Source of the DNA: Octopus sinensis
Taxonomy: Eukaryota
Length of the DNA: 64,000 bases
Direction: 5' to 3'
Assembly: GCF_006345805.1 (NCBI RefSeq)
Contig: NC_043023.1
Span: 7,316,001-7,380,000 of the forward strand
Positions 38,473-52,285 of this stretch are shown here, piece by piece (position 1 is the first letter of the stretch; the number at the start of each line of letters is the position of its first letter). The translations under genes and the position numbers were made by a program. The notes under the pieces were generated by a model. That model was not told the origin of the DNA. It ran no database searches and saw only the letters and a program-made list of their open reading frames with translations.

Positions 38473-39080
38473 TGTAAAGGGAACTGGTTGCTTCTTTACA
38501 CTTTTGGCGTGCAACTTGGGTGCAACACAATTTCCTTTCTTTTTGTTTCTAGAAACTACCAGTCAGGAACGAAAAGCAAGTTTAAAAATACATATAATAC
38601 TTTATTTTCTTGGTTCAACAAGAAACACGATGGTGTATGTTTTTCCATCCACCTGGTTCTAAGCAGCAAGGCTGAATTCAAACGTTTGTAAGCTTTACAA
38701 CAATTCAGCAGCAGTGGAACAGGCTTCTGGAACAGGTTTCAAAATATATGTCCTTTGGCTTCTATGGCTGTGACTCAGTTGTAAGCTTTACAACACATTC
38801 AGCAGCAGTGGAACAGGCTTCTGGAACAGGTTTCAAAATATATGTCCTTTGGCTTCTATTGCTGTGACTCATTCTTCATCTCTACTCCGCGCATGTGCAT
38901 GAGGAAACTTCTTATGCCTTTCCAGAAGGTTTCCATATGGTGATCACACGCACAGTGAGAGAAGGTGTTATCACACGCACACTACTGAAGAATGCGTGCG
39001 TTGCGCACACTGGAATATGCACGCACACTGACACATAAGAATGACCATCCCTCACATGCGAGGCTGGAAGTATGACGTCA
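38473..39080 (-). mobile_element. Solo LTR 5 (long form; right end scrambled)
   Basis: Clear start. Sequence after ~38880 is garbled, so the end coordinate is approximate. Confidence 0.7.
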
Positions 39081-40812
39081 TCGATAGTTGACACATTAGT
39101 CAAGTAACCTAGACAGACCTATGATTATATCACGTGACCTATGTATCAGAATAAGTATAGGTGGCTAGAGGTTTAGTTGTTGTAGGCCACAGGTCAGTCC
39201 TAACCCAGACAGACCTATGATCAAAGACATTCCAGCCGTGACCATCCCATCCACTATTCAGACATAGTATCTCTAATATATTTATAATTAGTGGTTAATA
39301 TTAGTGGCTTGTTTTTTAGCCCCAGGTCAGTCCTAACCCAGACAGAACTATGATCAAGACATTCCAGCCGTGACCATCCCATCCACTACACATATCATAT
39401 CTCTAATGTATAGTGGTTAATATTAGTGGCTATAGTTGTTATTTAGCCCCAGGTCTGTCCCAACCATACAGACCTATGATCAAAGGCATTCCAGCCTTGA
39501 CCATCCCATCCATTATTCAGACATATTATATCTAATGTATAGTGGTTAATATTAGTGGCTATAGGTTGTTTTGTCCCAGGTCAATCATAATCAGACAGGC
39601 CTATGATCAACGACATTCCAGCCGTGACCATCCCATCCGTTATTCAGACATAGTATATCTAATGTATATGTGGTTAATATTAGTGGCTATAGTTGTTGTT
39701 TTTTAGCCCCAGGTCAGTCCTAACCCAGACAGACCTATGATCAAAGACATTCCAGCCGTGACCATCCCATCCACTATTCAGACATAGTATCTCTAATGTA
39801 TAGTGGTTAATATTAGTGGCTATAGTTGTTATTTAGCCCCAGGTCTGTCCCAACCCAGACAGACCTATGATCAAAGGCATTCCAGCCTTGACCATCCCAC
39901 CTTTCATTAGACAGACTAGATATCTAATGTATAGTGGTTTAATATTAGTGGCTATAGTTTTTGTTTCGCCCCAGGTCAATCATAATCAACGACCCTATGA
40001 TCAACGACATTCGACATTCCACACCGTGACCATCCCATCCGTTATTCAGACATAGTATCTATAATGTATAGTGGTTAATATTTGTGGCTATAGTTGTTGT
40101 TTAGCACCAGGTCAATCCCACCCAGACAGACCTATGATCAAAAACATTCCAGCCACCTGACCATGCCATCAATTATTCAGACATAGTATATCTAATGTAC
40201 AGGGGTTAATATTAGTGGCTATAGTTGTTGTTTAGCCCCAGGTCAGTCCCAACCCAGACAAACCTATGATCAAAAACATTCCAGCCGTGACCATCCCATC
40301 AATTATTCAGATAATAGTATAGTTATCTAAAGTATAGTGGTTTAATATTAGTGGCTATAGTTGTGTTGTTTAGCCCCAGGTTAGTCCTAATACACGACAG
40401 CCTATGATCAAAGACATTCCAGCCGTGACCATCCCATCGATTCATCAGATTATATCATAGTAATATCTATGTATAGTGGTTAGGTATTTAGTGGCTATTG
40501 TTGTTGTTTGGCCCCAGGTCAGTCATAATCAAGACAGGCCTATGATCAAAGACATTCCAGCCGCCGTGACCACCCCATCCATTATTCAGACATAGTATAT
40601 CTCATGAATAGTGGTTAATATTGTGGCTATAGTTGTTGTTTAGCCCCAGGTCAGTCCTAACCAGACAGAACTATGATCAAAGACATTCCAGCCGTGACCA
40701 TCCCATCCATTATTCAGACATAGTATATCTAATGTACAGTGGTTAATATTAGTGGCTATGTTTGTTTGGCCCCAGGTCATTCATAATCAAGACAGGGCTA
40801 TGATCAAAGACA

Positions 40813-41362
40813 TGTAAGGGAACTGGTTGCTTCTTTACACTTTTGGCGTGCAACTTGGGTGCAACACAATTTCCTTTCTTTTGTTTCTAGAAACTACCAG
40901 TCAGGAACGAAAAGCAAGTTTAAAAACATATAATACTTTATTTTCTTGGTTCAACAATGAAACAGGATGGTATGTTTTTATCCACCACCTGGTTCTAAGC
41001 AGCAAGGCTGAATTCAAACGTTTGTAAGCTTTACAACAATTCAGGCAGCAGTGGAACAGGCTTCTGGAAACAGTTTCAAAATATATGTCCTTTGGCTTCT
41101 ATGGCTGTGACCAGTTGTAAGCTTTACAACAATTCAGCAGCAGTGGAACAGGCTTCTGGAACAGGTTTCAAAATATATGTCCTTTGGCTTCTATTGCTGT
41201 GACTCATTCTTCAGTCTCTAGCGCATGTGCATGAGGAAACTTCTTATGCCTTTCCAGAAGGTTCCATAGGCTGATCACACGCACACTGAAGAAGGACGTT
41301 CTGCACACGCACACTGAAGAATGACGTTGCGTGTGCGCACACTGGAAAATGACGTCACTACA
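40813..41362 (-). mobile_element. Solo LTR 6 (long form)
   Basis: Same termini and GACA duplication. Confidence 0.85.
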
Positions 41363-42534
41363 GACATTCCAGCCGTGACCATCCCATCCATTATTCAGAA
41401 ATAGTATATCAAAGGTATAGTGATTAATATTAGTGGCTATAGTTGTTGTTTAGCCCCAGGTCAGTCCTAACCCAGACAGAACTATGATCAAAGACATTCC
41501 AGCCGTGACCATCCCATCCACTATTCAGACATAGTATCTCTAATGTATAGTGGTTAATATTAGTGGCTATAGTTGTTATTTAGCCCCAGGTCTGTCCCAA
41601 CCAAGACAGACCTATGATCAAAGGCATTCCAGCCTTGACCATCCCATCCATTATTCAGACATATTATATCTAATGTATAGTGGTTAATATTAGTGGCTAT
41701 AGTTGTTGTTTCGTCCCAGGTCAATCATAATCAAGACAGGCCTATGATCAACGACATTCCAGCCGTGACCATCCCATCCGTTATTCAGACATAGTATATC
41801 TAATGTATAGTGGTTAATATTAGTGGCTATAGTTGTTGTTTAGCCCCAGGTCAGTCCTAACCCAGACAGACATATGATCAAAGACATTCCAGCCGTGACC
41901 ATCCCATCCACTATTCAGACATAGTATCTCTAATGTATAGTGGTTAATATTAGTGGCTATAGTTGTTATTTAGCCCCAGGTCTGTCCCAACCCAGACAGA
42001 CCTATGATCAAAGGCATTCCAGCCTTGACCATCCCATCCATTATTCAGACATAGTATATCTAATGTATAGTGGTTAATATTAGTGGCTATAGTTGTTGTT
42101 TGTCCCCAGGTCAGTCATAATCAAGACAGGCCTATGATCAAAGACATTCCAGCCGTGACCATCCCATCCATTATTCAGACATAGTATATCTAATGTATAG
42201 TGGTTAATATTAGTGGCTATAGTTGTTGTTTGTCCCAGGTCAGTCCATAATCAAGACAGGCCTATGATCAAAGACTTCCAGCCGTGACCACCCCATCCGT
42301 TATTCAGACATAGTAATCTAAATGATAGTGGTTAATATTAGTGGCTATAGTCGTTGTTTGGCCCCAGGTCAATCCCAACCCAGACAGACCTATGATCAAA
42401 AACATTCCAGCCGTGACCATCCCATCCAATATTCAGACATAGTATATCTAATGTACAGTGGTTAATATCAGTGGCTATAGTTGTTGTTTAGCCCCAGGTC
42501 AGTCCTAACCCAGACAGACCTATGATCAAAGACA

Positions 42535-42978
42535 TGTAAAGGGAACTGGTTGCTTCTTTACACTTTTGGCGTGCAACTTGGGTGCAACACAATTCCTTTC
42601 TTTTTGTTTCTAGAAACTACAGTCAGGACACGAAGCAAGTTAAAAATGCATAATACTTTATTTTCTTGGTTCAACAATGAAACACGATGGTATGTTTTTA
42701 TCCACCCTGGTCTAAGCAGCAAGCTGAATCAAACGTTTGTAAGCTTTACACAATTCAGCAGCAGTGGAACAGGCTTCTGGAACAGGTTTCAATATATGTC
42801 CTTGGCTTCTATCGCTGTGACTCATTCTTCAGTCTCTAGCGCATGTGCATGAGGAACTTCTTATGCCTTTCCAGAAGGTTCCCTAGGCTGATCACACGCA
42901 CACTGAAGAAGGAAGTTCTGCACAAGCACACTGAAGAATGACGTGCGGTGCGCACACTGGAAAAATGACGTCACTACA
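42535..42978 (-). mobile_element. Solo LTR 7 (short form, shares variants with LTR 1)
   Basis: Same termini; carries the AAATGCA and CTATCGCTG variants seen in LTR 1. Confidence 0.85.
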
Positions 42979-44663
42979 GACATTCCTTCCAGCCGTGACC
43001 ATCCCATCCATTATTCAGAAATAGTATATCAAGGTATAGTGATTAATATTAGTGGCTGTAGTTGTTGTTTAGCACAGGTCAGTCCTAACCCAGACAGACC
43101 TATGATCAAAGACATTCCAGCCGTGACCATCCCATCCACTATTCAGACATAGTATCTCTAATGTATAGTGGTTAATATTAGTGGCTATAGTTGTTGTTTA
43201 GCCCCAGGTCAGTCCAACCCAGACAGAACTATGATCAAAGACATTCCAGCCGTGACCATCCCATCCACTATTCAGACATAGTATCTCTAATGTAGTGGTA
43301 ATATTAGTGGCTATAGTTGTTATTTAGCCCCAGGTCTGTCCCAACCCAGACAGACCTATGATCAAAGGCATTCCAGCCTTGACCATCCCATCCATTATTC
43401 AGACATATTATATCTAATGTATAGTGGTTAATATTAGTGGCTATAGTTGTTGTTTAGTCCCAGGTCAATCATAATAAGACAGGCCTATGATCAACGACAT
43501 TCCAGCCGTGACCATCCCATCCGTTATTCAGACTAGTATATCTAATGTATAGTGGTTAATATTAGTGGCTATAGTTGGTTAGCCCCAGGTCGTCCTAACC
43601 CAGACAGACCTATGATCAAAGACATTCCAGCCGTGACCATCCCATCCACTATTCAGACATAGTATCTCTATGTATAGTGGTTAATATTAGTGGCTATAGT
43701 TGTTATTTAGCCCCAGGTCTGTCCCAACCCAGACAGACCTATGATCAAAGGCATTCCAGCCTTGACCATCCCATCCATTATTCAGACATAGTATATCTAA
43801 TGTATAGTGGTTAATATAAGTGGCTATAGTTGTTGTTTCGCCCCAGGTCAATCATAATCAAGACAGGCCTATGATCAACGACATTCCAGCCGTGACCATC
43901 CCATCCGTTATTCAGACATAGTATATCTAATGTATAGTGGTTAATATTAGTGGCTATAGTTGTTGTTTAGCCCCAGGTCAATCCCAACCCAGACAGACCT
44001 ATGATCAAAAACATTCCAGCCGTGACCATGCCATCAATTATTCAGACATAGTATATCTACTGTACAGGGGTTAATATTAGTGGCTATAGTTGTTGTTTAG
44101 CCCCAGGTCAGTCCTAACCCAGACAAACCTATGTTCAAAGACATTCCAGCCGTGACCATCCCATCAATTATTCAGACATAGTATATCTAATGTATAGTGG
44201 TTAATATTAGTGGCTATAGTTGTTGTTTAGCCCCAGGTTAGTCCTGATCACGACAGGCCTATGATCAAAGACATTCCAGCCGTGACCATCCCATCCATTA
44301 TTCAGACATAGTATATCTAATGTATAGTGGTTAATATTAGTGGCTATAGTTGTTGTTTGTCCCCAGGTCAGTCATAATCAAGACAGGCCTATGATCAAAG
44401 ACATTCCAGCCGTGACCACCCCATCCATTATTCAGACATAGTATATCTCATGAATTGTGGTTAATATTAGTGGCTATAGTTGTTGTTTAGCCCCAGGTCA
44501 GTCCTAACCCAGAGAGACCTATGATCAAAGACATTCCAGCCGTGACCATCCCATCCATTATTCAGACATAGTATATCTAATGTACAGTGGTTAATATTAG
44601 TGGCTATAGTTGTTGTTTGGCCCCAGGTCAGTCATAATCAAGACAGGCCTATGATCAAAGACA

Positions 44664-45213
44664 TGTAAAGGGAACTGGTTGCTTCTTTACACTTTTGGCG
44701 TGCAACTTGGGTGCAACACAATTTCCTTTCTTTTTGTTTCTAGAAACTACCAGTCAGGAACGAAAAGCAAGTTTAAAAATACATATAATACTTTATTTTC
44801 TTGGTTCAACAATGAAACACCATGGTATGTTTTTATCCACCTGGTTCTAAGCAGCAAGGCTGAATTCAAACGTTTGTAAGCTTTACAACAATTCAGCAGC
44901 AGTGGAACAGGCTTCTGGAACAGGTTTCAAAATATATGTCCTTTGGCTTCTATGGCTGTGACTCAGTTGTAAGCTTTACAACAATTCAGCAGCAGTGGAA
45001 CAGGCTTCTGGAACAGGTTTCAAAATATATGTCCTTTGGCTTCTATTGCTGTGACTCATTCTTCAGTCTCTAGCGCATGTGCATGAGGAAACTTCTTATG
45101 CCTTTCCAGAAGGTTCCATAGGCTGATCACACGCACACTGAAGAAGGACGTTCTGCACACGCACACTGAAGAATGACGTGCGTGTGCGCACACTGGAATA
45201 TGACGTCACTACC
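44664..45213 (-). mobile_element. Solo LTR 8 (long form)
   Basis: Same start; the end reads CACTACC|GACA. Confidence 0.85.
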
Positions 45214-46888
45214 GACATTCCAGCCGTGACCATCCCATCCATTATTCAGAAATAGTATATCAAGGTATAGTGGTTAATATTAGTGGCTGTAGTGTTGTTT
45301 AGCCACAGGTCAGTCCTAACCCAGACAGACCTATGATCAAAGAATTCCAGCCGTGACCATCCCATCCACTATTCAGACATAGTATCTCTATGTATAGTGG
45401 TTAATATTAGTGGCTATAGTTGTTGTTTAGCCCCAGGTCAGTCCTAACCCAGACAGACTATGATCAAAGACATTCCAGCCGTGACCATCCCATCCACTAT
45501 TCAGACATAGTATCTCTAATGTATAGTGTTAATATTAGTGGCTATAGTTGTTATTTAGCCCCAGGTCTGTCCCAACCCAGACAGACCTATGATCAAAGGC
45601 ATTCCAGCCTTGACCATCCCATCCATTATTCAGACATATTATATCTAATGTATAGTGGTTAATATTAGTGGCTATAGTTGTTGTTTCGTCCCAGGTCAAT
45701 CATAATCAAGACAGGCCTATGATCAACGACATTCCAGCCGTGACCATCCCATCCGTTATTCAGACATAGTATATCTAATGTATAGTGGTTAATATTAGTG
45801 GCTATAGTTGTTGTTTAGCCCCAGGTCAGTCCTAACCCAGACAGACCTATGATCAAAGACATTCCAGCCGTGACCATCCCATCCACTATTCAGACATAGT
45901 ATCTCTAATGTATAGTGGTTAATATTAGTGGCTATAGTTGTATTAGCCCCAGGTCTGTCCCAACCCAGACAGACCTATGATCAAAGGCATTCCAGCCTTG
46001 ACCATCCCATCCATTATTCAGACATAGTATATCTAATGTATAGTGGTTAATATTAGTGGCTATAGTTGTTGTTTCGGCCCAGGTCAATCATAATCAAGAC
46101 AGGCCTATGATCAACGACATTCCACCGTGACCATCCATCCGTTATTCAGACATAGTATATCTAATGTATAGTGGTTAATATTAGTGGCTATAGTTGTTGT
46201 TTAGCACCAGGTCAATCCAAACCCAGACAGACCTATGATCAAAAACATTCCAGCCGTGACCATGCATCAATTATTCAGACATAGTATATCTAATGTACAG
46301 GGTTAATATTAGTGGCTATAGTTGTTGTTTAGCCCCAGGTCAGTCCCAACCCAGACAAACCTATGATCAAAGACATTCCAGCCGTGACCATCCCATCCAT
46401 TATTCAGATATAGTATATCTAAAGTATAGTGGTTAATATTAGTGGCTATAGTTGTTGTTTAGCCCCAGGTTAGTCCTAATCACGACAGGCCTATGATCAA
46501 AGACATTCCAGCCGTGACCATCCCATCGATTATTCAGACATAGTATCTAATGTATAGTGGTTAATATTAGTGGGCTATAGTTGTTGTTTGGCCCAGGTCA
46601 GTCATAATCAAGACAGGCCTATGATCAAAGACATTCCAGCCGTGACCACCCCATCCATTATTCAGACATAGTATATCTCATGAATAGTGGTTAATATAGT
46701 GGCTATAGTTGTTGTTTAGCCCTAGGTCAGTCCTAACCCAGACAGACCTATGATCAAAGACATTCCAGCCGTGACCATCCCATCCATTATTCAGACATAG
46801 TATATCTAATGTACAGTGGTTATATTAGTGGCTATAGTTGTTGTTTGGCCCAGGTCAGTCAAATCAGACAGGACCTATGATCAAAGAA

Positions 46889-47422
46889 TGTAAAGGGAAC
46901 TGGTTGCTTCTTTACACTTTTGGCGTGCAACTTGGGTGCAACACAATTTCTTTCTTTTGTTCTAGAAACTACCAGTCAGGAACGAAAGCAAGTTTAAAAA
47001 TACATATAATACTTTATTTTCTTGTTCAACAATGAAACAGGATGGTATGTTTTATCCACCTGGTTCTAAGCACAAGGCTGAATTCAAACGTTTGTAAGCT
47101 TTACAACAATTCAGCAGCAGTGGAACAGGCTTCTGGAACGGTTTCAAAATATATGCCTTGGGCTTCTATGGCTGTGACTCATGTAAGCTTTACAACACTT
47201 CAGCAGCGTGGAACAGGCTTCTGGAACAGGTTTCAAAATATATGTCCTTGGCTTCTATTGCTGTGACTCATACTTCAGTCTCTAGCGCATGTGCATGAGG
47301 AAACTTCTTAGCCTTTCGAAGGTTCCATAGGCTGATCACACGCACACTGAAGAAGGACGTTCTGCACACGCACATGAAGATGACGTTGCGTGTGCGCACC
47401 CACTGGAAAATGACGTACTACA
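46889..47422 (-). mobile_element. Solo LTR 9 (long form, many small deletions)
   Basis: Homologous termini; the left target duplication reads GAA. Confidence 0.8.
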
Positions 47423-48844
47423 GACATTCCAGCCGTGACCATCCCATCCAATTATTCAGAAATAGTATATCAAGGTATAGGATTAATATTAGTGGCTATA
47501 GTGTTGTTTAGCCCCAGGTCAGTCCTAACCCAGACAGAACTATGATCAAAGACATTCCAGCCGTGACCATCCCATCCACTATTCAGACATAGTATCTCTA
47601 ATGTATAGTGGTTAATATAGTGGCTATAGTTGTTATTTAGCCCCAGGTCTGTCCCAACCCAGACAGACCTATGATCAAAGGCATTCCAGCCTTGACCATC
47701 CCATCCATTATTCAGACATATTAATCTAATGTATAGTGGTTAATATTAGTGGCTATAGTTGTTGTTCGTCCAGGTCAATCATAATCAAGACAGGCCTATG
47801 ATCAACGACATTCCAGCCGTGACCACCCATCCGTTATTCAGACATAGTATATCTAATGTATAGTGGTTAATATTAGTGGCTATAGTTGTTTTTAGCCCCA
47901 GGTCAGTCCTAACCCAGACAGACATATGATCAAAGACATTCCAGCCGTGACCATCCCATCCACTATTCAGACATAGTATCTCTAATGTATAGTGGTTAAT
48001 ATTAGTGGCTATAGTGTTATTTAGCCCCAGGTCTGTCCCAACACAGACAGACCTATGATCAAAGGCATTCCAGCATTGACCATCCAATCCATTATTCAGA
48101 CATAGATATCTAATGTATAGTGGTTATATTAGGTCATAGTTGTTGTGTTTCGCCCCAGGTCATCATAATCAAGACAGGCCTATGATCAACGACTCCAGCC
48201 GTTGACATCCAATCAGTTATTCAGACATAGTATATCTAATGTATAGTGGTTAATATTAGTGGCTATAGTTGTTTTTTAGCCCCAGGTCAATCCCAACCCA
48301 GACAGACCTATGATCAAAAACATTCCAGCCGTGTGACCATGCCATCAATTATTCAGACATAGTATAATCTAATGTACAGGGGTTAATATTATTGTGGCTA
48401 TAGTGTTGTTTAGCACCAGGTCAGTCCCAACCCAGGACAAACCTATGAATCAAAGACATTCCAGCCCGTGACCATCCCATCAATTATTCAGATATAGTAT
48501 ATCTAAAGTATAGTGGTTAATATTAGTGGCTATAGTTGTTGTTTAGCCCCAGGTTCGTCCTAATCACGACAGGCCTATGATCAAAGGAATTCCAGCCGTG
48601 ACCATCCCATCGATTATTCAGACATAGTATATCTAAGTAGTGGTTAATATTAGTGGCTATAGTTGTTGTTTGGCCCCAGGTCATTCATACCCAGACAGGC
48701 CTATGATCAAAGACATTCCAGCCGTGACCACCCCATCCATTATTCAGACATAGTATATCTCATGAACAGTGGTTAATATTAGTGGCTATAGTTGTTGTTT
48801 AGCCCCAGGTCAGTCCTAACCCAGACAGACCTATGATCAAAGAC

Positions 48845-48944
48845 NNNNNNNNNNNNNNNNNNNNNNNNNNNNNNNNNNNNNNNNNNNNNNNNNNNNNNNN
48901 NNNNNNNNNNNNNNNNNNNNNNNNNNNNNNNNNNNNNNNNNNNN
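48845..48944. other. Assembly gap (100 N)
   Basis: Run of exactly 100 Ns. Confidence 1.
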
Positions 48945-49310
48945 CTGGGGCTTTTCCTGTCTTCATACTTCTAATTGCCTTAGCTACCACGGAACTATCA
49001 ACTCGGATAGCTGGTCCCTCTGTTGGGTCAACATTCGGCAGACTCTCTTTATCCCATTCATTTTCTTTATTCAGCAACCTTTCATAGTGGCATCTCCAAA
49101 TCTCTCTCTTTGCATCCTCATTTAGTGCAAGTGAACCATCTACCATGCGAACACACTTCTCTCCTACCACATCACGATTCTCTCTCACACACTGTCTTGC
49201 AACGCGAAACACCTCCAGTCTTTGGTCCTCACGGCGCAGAACATTGGCAAATTTTTTCTTATCTGCTTCCCCTCTGGCTAAATAAACCTGTCTCCTAGCT
49301 TCTCTTTTGG
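48945..49310 (-). mobile_element. RTE-clade LINE ORF fragment (region just upstream of RT)
   Basis: REIWRCHYERLLNKENEWD...VAKAIRSMKTGKAP matches the W--HF--LLN ... KAPG pre-RT motif of RTE LINEs; cut by the gap. Confidence 0.85.
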
Positions 49311-49323
49311 CAGTCTGATGTAT

Positions 49324-49373
<50 letters not shown>

Positions 49374-49422
49374 TTATATGTATATATATATATGTATTTA
49401 TATGTATATATATATATATGTA

Positions 49423-49475
<53 letters not shown>

Positions 49476-49642
49476 ATATATATGTATATAACGGGAAGCT
49501 TTATGAAAATAAACAAAAGACGAAGGCAGGTGGAGTACAAACAAACAATTGTATTAGTATGGCGCTCAGGAATATGTATGTATGTATATATATATGTATG
49601 TATATATACATATATATATGTATGTATATATACATATATATA

Positions 49643-50002
49643 TCATCATCATCATCATCATCATCATCGTTTAACGTCCGTTCTCCATGCTAGCATAGGT
49701 TGGACGGTTCGACCGGAGATCTGGGAAGCCAGAAGGCTGCACCAGGCTCCGGTCTTATCTGGCAATGTTTCTACAGCTGGATGTCCTTCCTAACGCCAAC
49801 CACTCCGTGAGTGTAGTGGGTGCTTTTTACGTGCCACCTGCACAGGCGCCAGGCGAGGCTGGCAACGGCCACGGTCAGATTGGTGCATTTTACGTGCCAC
49901 CGGCACGGAAGCCAGTCGGGGCGGCACTGGCTTCGGCCACGATTCGGATGGTGCTTTTTACGTGCCACCGGCACGAAGGCCAGTCGAGGCGGCACTGGCA
50001 TC
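49643..50002 (-). mobile_element. SINE with three internal modules and a (GAT)n tail
   Basis: Reverse-complement homologue of 5549-5844. Confidence 0.85.
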
Positions 50003-50034
50003 TAAAAACATTGACGTATCTGACTAGTTTTAAA

Positions 50035-50270
50035 CAGATGTTATTAGGATGTCAACCTTCCAGACAATGCTTGTTACAAGTAGATGTCATAAGGATGTTG
50101 ACATACAGACTATGATAGTCACAAGTGGACATCATTAGGATGTTGGCCTACCAGACAATGATAGTCACAAGTGGATGTCATTAAGATGTTGCTACCAGAC
50201 CATTATAGTCACAAGTGGGTGTTGTGAGGATGATGGACAACCAGACTATGACAGTCACAAGTGGATATTG
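50035..50270. repeat. Degenerate ~45-bp minisatellite, 5 units
   Basis: ACAAGT at 50076, 50121, 50167, 50211 and 50257. Confidence 0.85.
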
Positions 50271-50489
50271 ACCTATAATTTATGATACTAAATAATAAAG
50301 AATAATCAACATCCGAGATATATTTTCCTGAGACTTAACTGCCATCAATTAGTGGTGCACGTTACAATAAGATAAAAAGCTATCAAGTACTGGGGTTAAG
50401 CAAACTGACTATAAACCCCTTTAAAATGTGAAACTTTGTGCCAAACTTAGAAAGCCAATAATGATATTAACATTAACAACTATTCTTTA

Positions 50490-50835
50490 ACTCGTTTCAG
50501 TCATTTGACAGCAGCCATGCTGGAGCACAGCCTTGAAGGGTTTTAGTCAAACAAATTGACCCAAGGACTTATTTTCTTTTTAAAGCCCAGCACTTATTCT
50601 ATCAATCTTTTTTTTTTGCTGAACCACCAAGCTATGGGAACATAAACACACCAATACTGGCTGTCAAGCAGTGATGACGGGCTTCTTTCAGTGTGCATCT
50701 ACTAAATCCACTCACAACGTTTTGGTCAGCCTGAGACTATAGTAGAAGACACTTGCCTAAGGTGCCGTGCAGTGGGACTGAACCCAGAACCATGTGGTTG
50801 GGAAGCAAGCTTCTTACCACGCAGTCACACCTGCA
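50490..50835 (-). mobile_element. Diverged octopus-type tRNA-derived SINE
   Basis: GTTTCAGTCATTTGAC...CCATGCTGGAGCAC and the head GCAGTGGGACTGAACCCAGAACCATGTGGTTGG are homologous to the split SINE at 11063-13071. Confidence 0.8.
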
Positions 50836-52247
50836 CCTATAATTCATCTGGCAGAACTATTAGTGTGTCAGACAAGATGCTTAGCAACTGTTCTAGTTCT
50901 TTGCACCCTAAGCTCAAATTCCACTAAGGATAACTTTGCCTTTCATCCTTTCAGGGTCAACAAAATAAACTATTAGTCAAGTAAGTACAAGGGTTCAAAG
51001 TAATCAGCTTGTCTCCTCCTGTCAGAATTGCTTACTATAAAGCCTGTAATGGATTGACATCCCTTTCAAGGAGTCCTAGGGCTCAAAAAAGAAAAAGAAA
51101 TTTCACTGCATGCTTCAGTGCATAACCAAACACCTTTTGATATGAGCAATTTTTTTTTCCTTTTAGTTAATATGTCATATTGTATTGAGAATCCTCTACA
51201 TAAATGAAAGTGTGGTGCCTATTAATGCTATTTCCTGTATGTTCTACATATTTGTTACAATTTTTACAAATATATATTTTTTTATTGTCATTAACGAGGC
51301 AATTCACGTTTCAAAATCATTGGCAGCAAAAATGACATTCAGCTGTAAGACCATCATTGTCATTTCATGTCCATTTTCGATGCTGGCATGGGTTGGGATG
51401 GTTTGACAGAATTCAACATGTTGGAGAATCATGTCTCATGCTAGCAGCTCAGTTTTGACATGGTTTATACAGCTGGATACCTTTTCTGACACCAACCACT
51501 TTACAGTGTGTACCGAGTGTTTTTTCATGGCACCAGCATTAGTGATGTCACCATAGAGCCTACTTGACCAAAAAGGAATATAGTGGAGGAGGCTTTATGT
51601 GAGGTGTTGAGAGAGTGGAGTGTGACAGGAGCAACAGGAATAGAATTGTTGTTAAAGAGGAAATGTAAGGCAAAGCCATCTTATGAGCTTGGGTAGGAGT
51701 AACTGGAATGGAGCTGGAAAGATGATGGTGACACTGTATCTTTAGAAGGTGAATAGAAAAGAGCGGGTGGATAGATGATCAGGAAAGGCAGGAGGGTAAA
51801 GGTTGTAAAAATGTGAGAGGGATGGTTAGAAATAGAGGTAGAAATGAATGTAGTAAATGGTGAAGAAAAGTGGAGGGTGGTTGATGATCGACATGAATAG
51901 GAGACAATGATGGCTATCAATTAAAGGAGAGGAAGTGATGACTGGCAGCACAGACATGCACATTAACAGAAACCGGTGGGTGTTCTTTGTTCCTGTGGAG
52001 GCTAGATGACAAAGAAACACAATGATGGTGAAATGCCGAGATGTTGGAATAGGAAGGTGGTCCGAAACTGATGGTAATGAATGATTCTGGCTATAATAAC
52101 GATGACACACTTAAAGAAAATACATTGAATATACCGTTATTCTGGAAAAATATTCTATCTTTGAGATAAGATGATTCCCCTTGGTTCTCTGGACTGGAAT
52201 CTACAGCAAGTACTTCAGCTTTCTCTGGAGACATACATATATATATG

Positions 52248-52285
<38 letters not shown>

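Larger units (their letters stand above)
29422..48844. repeat. 130-bp satellite array with a higher-order unit of 13 monomers plus one solo LTR
   Basis: GACATTCCAGCC at 29535, 29665 and onward (period 130). LTR-to-LTR spacings are 2149, 976, 2146, 2236, 2340, 1722, 2129 and 2225 bp. The array ends at the assembly gap. Confidence 0.97.

Noticed and set aside
38880-40520. Apparently novel sequence within LTR 5 and nearby monomers
   Set aside because: Scrambled fragments of LTR and monomer motifs with dense indels; most likely poor consensus.
33568-42534. 4-mer and 9-mer units as reciprocal products of one crossover (4+9=13)
   Set aside because: The monomer order of the 9-mer is not the block missing from the 4-mer.
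30981-47266. Recurrent 62-100 aa ORFs (MLLYTFGVQLG..., MIKDIP...)
   Set aside because: Chance frames in the LTR and monomers, with non-ATG starts and stops that vary between copies.
29422-48844. Repeat-and-insert periodicity superficially like a CRISPR array
   Set aside because: Monomers are contiguous without unique spacers, the inserts are identical LTR copies, there are no cas genes and the context is eukaryotic.
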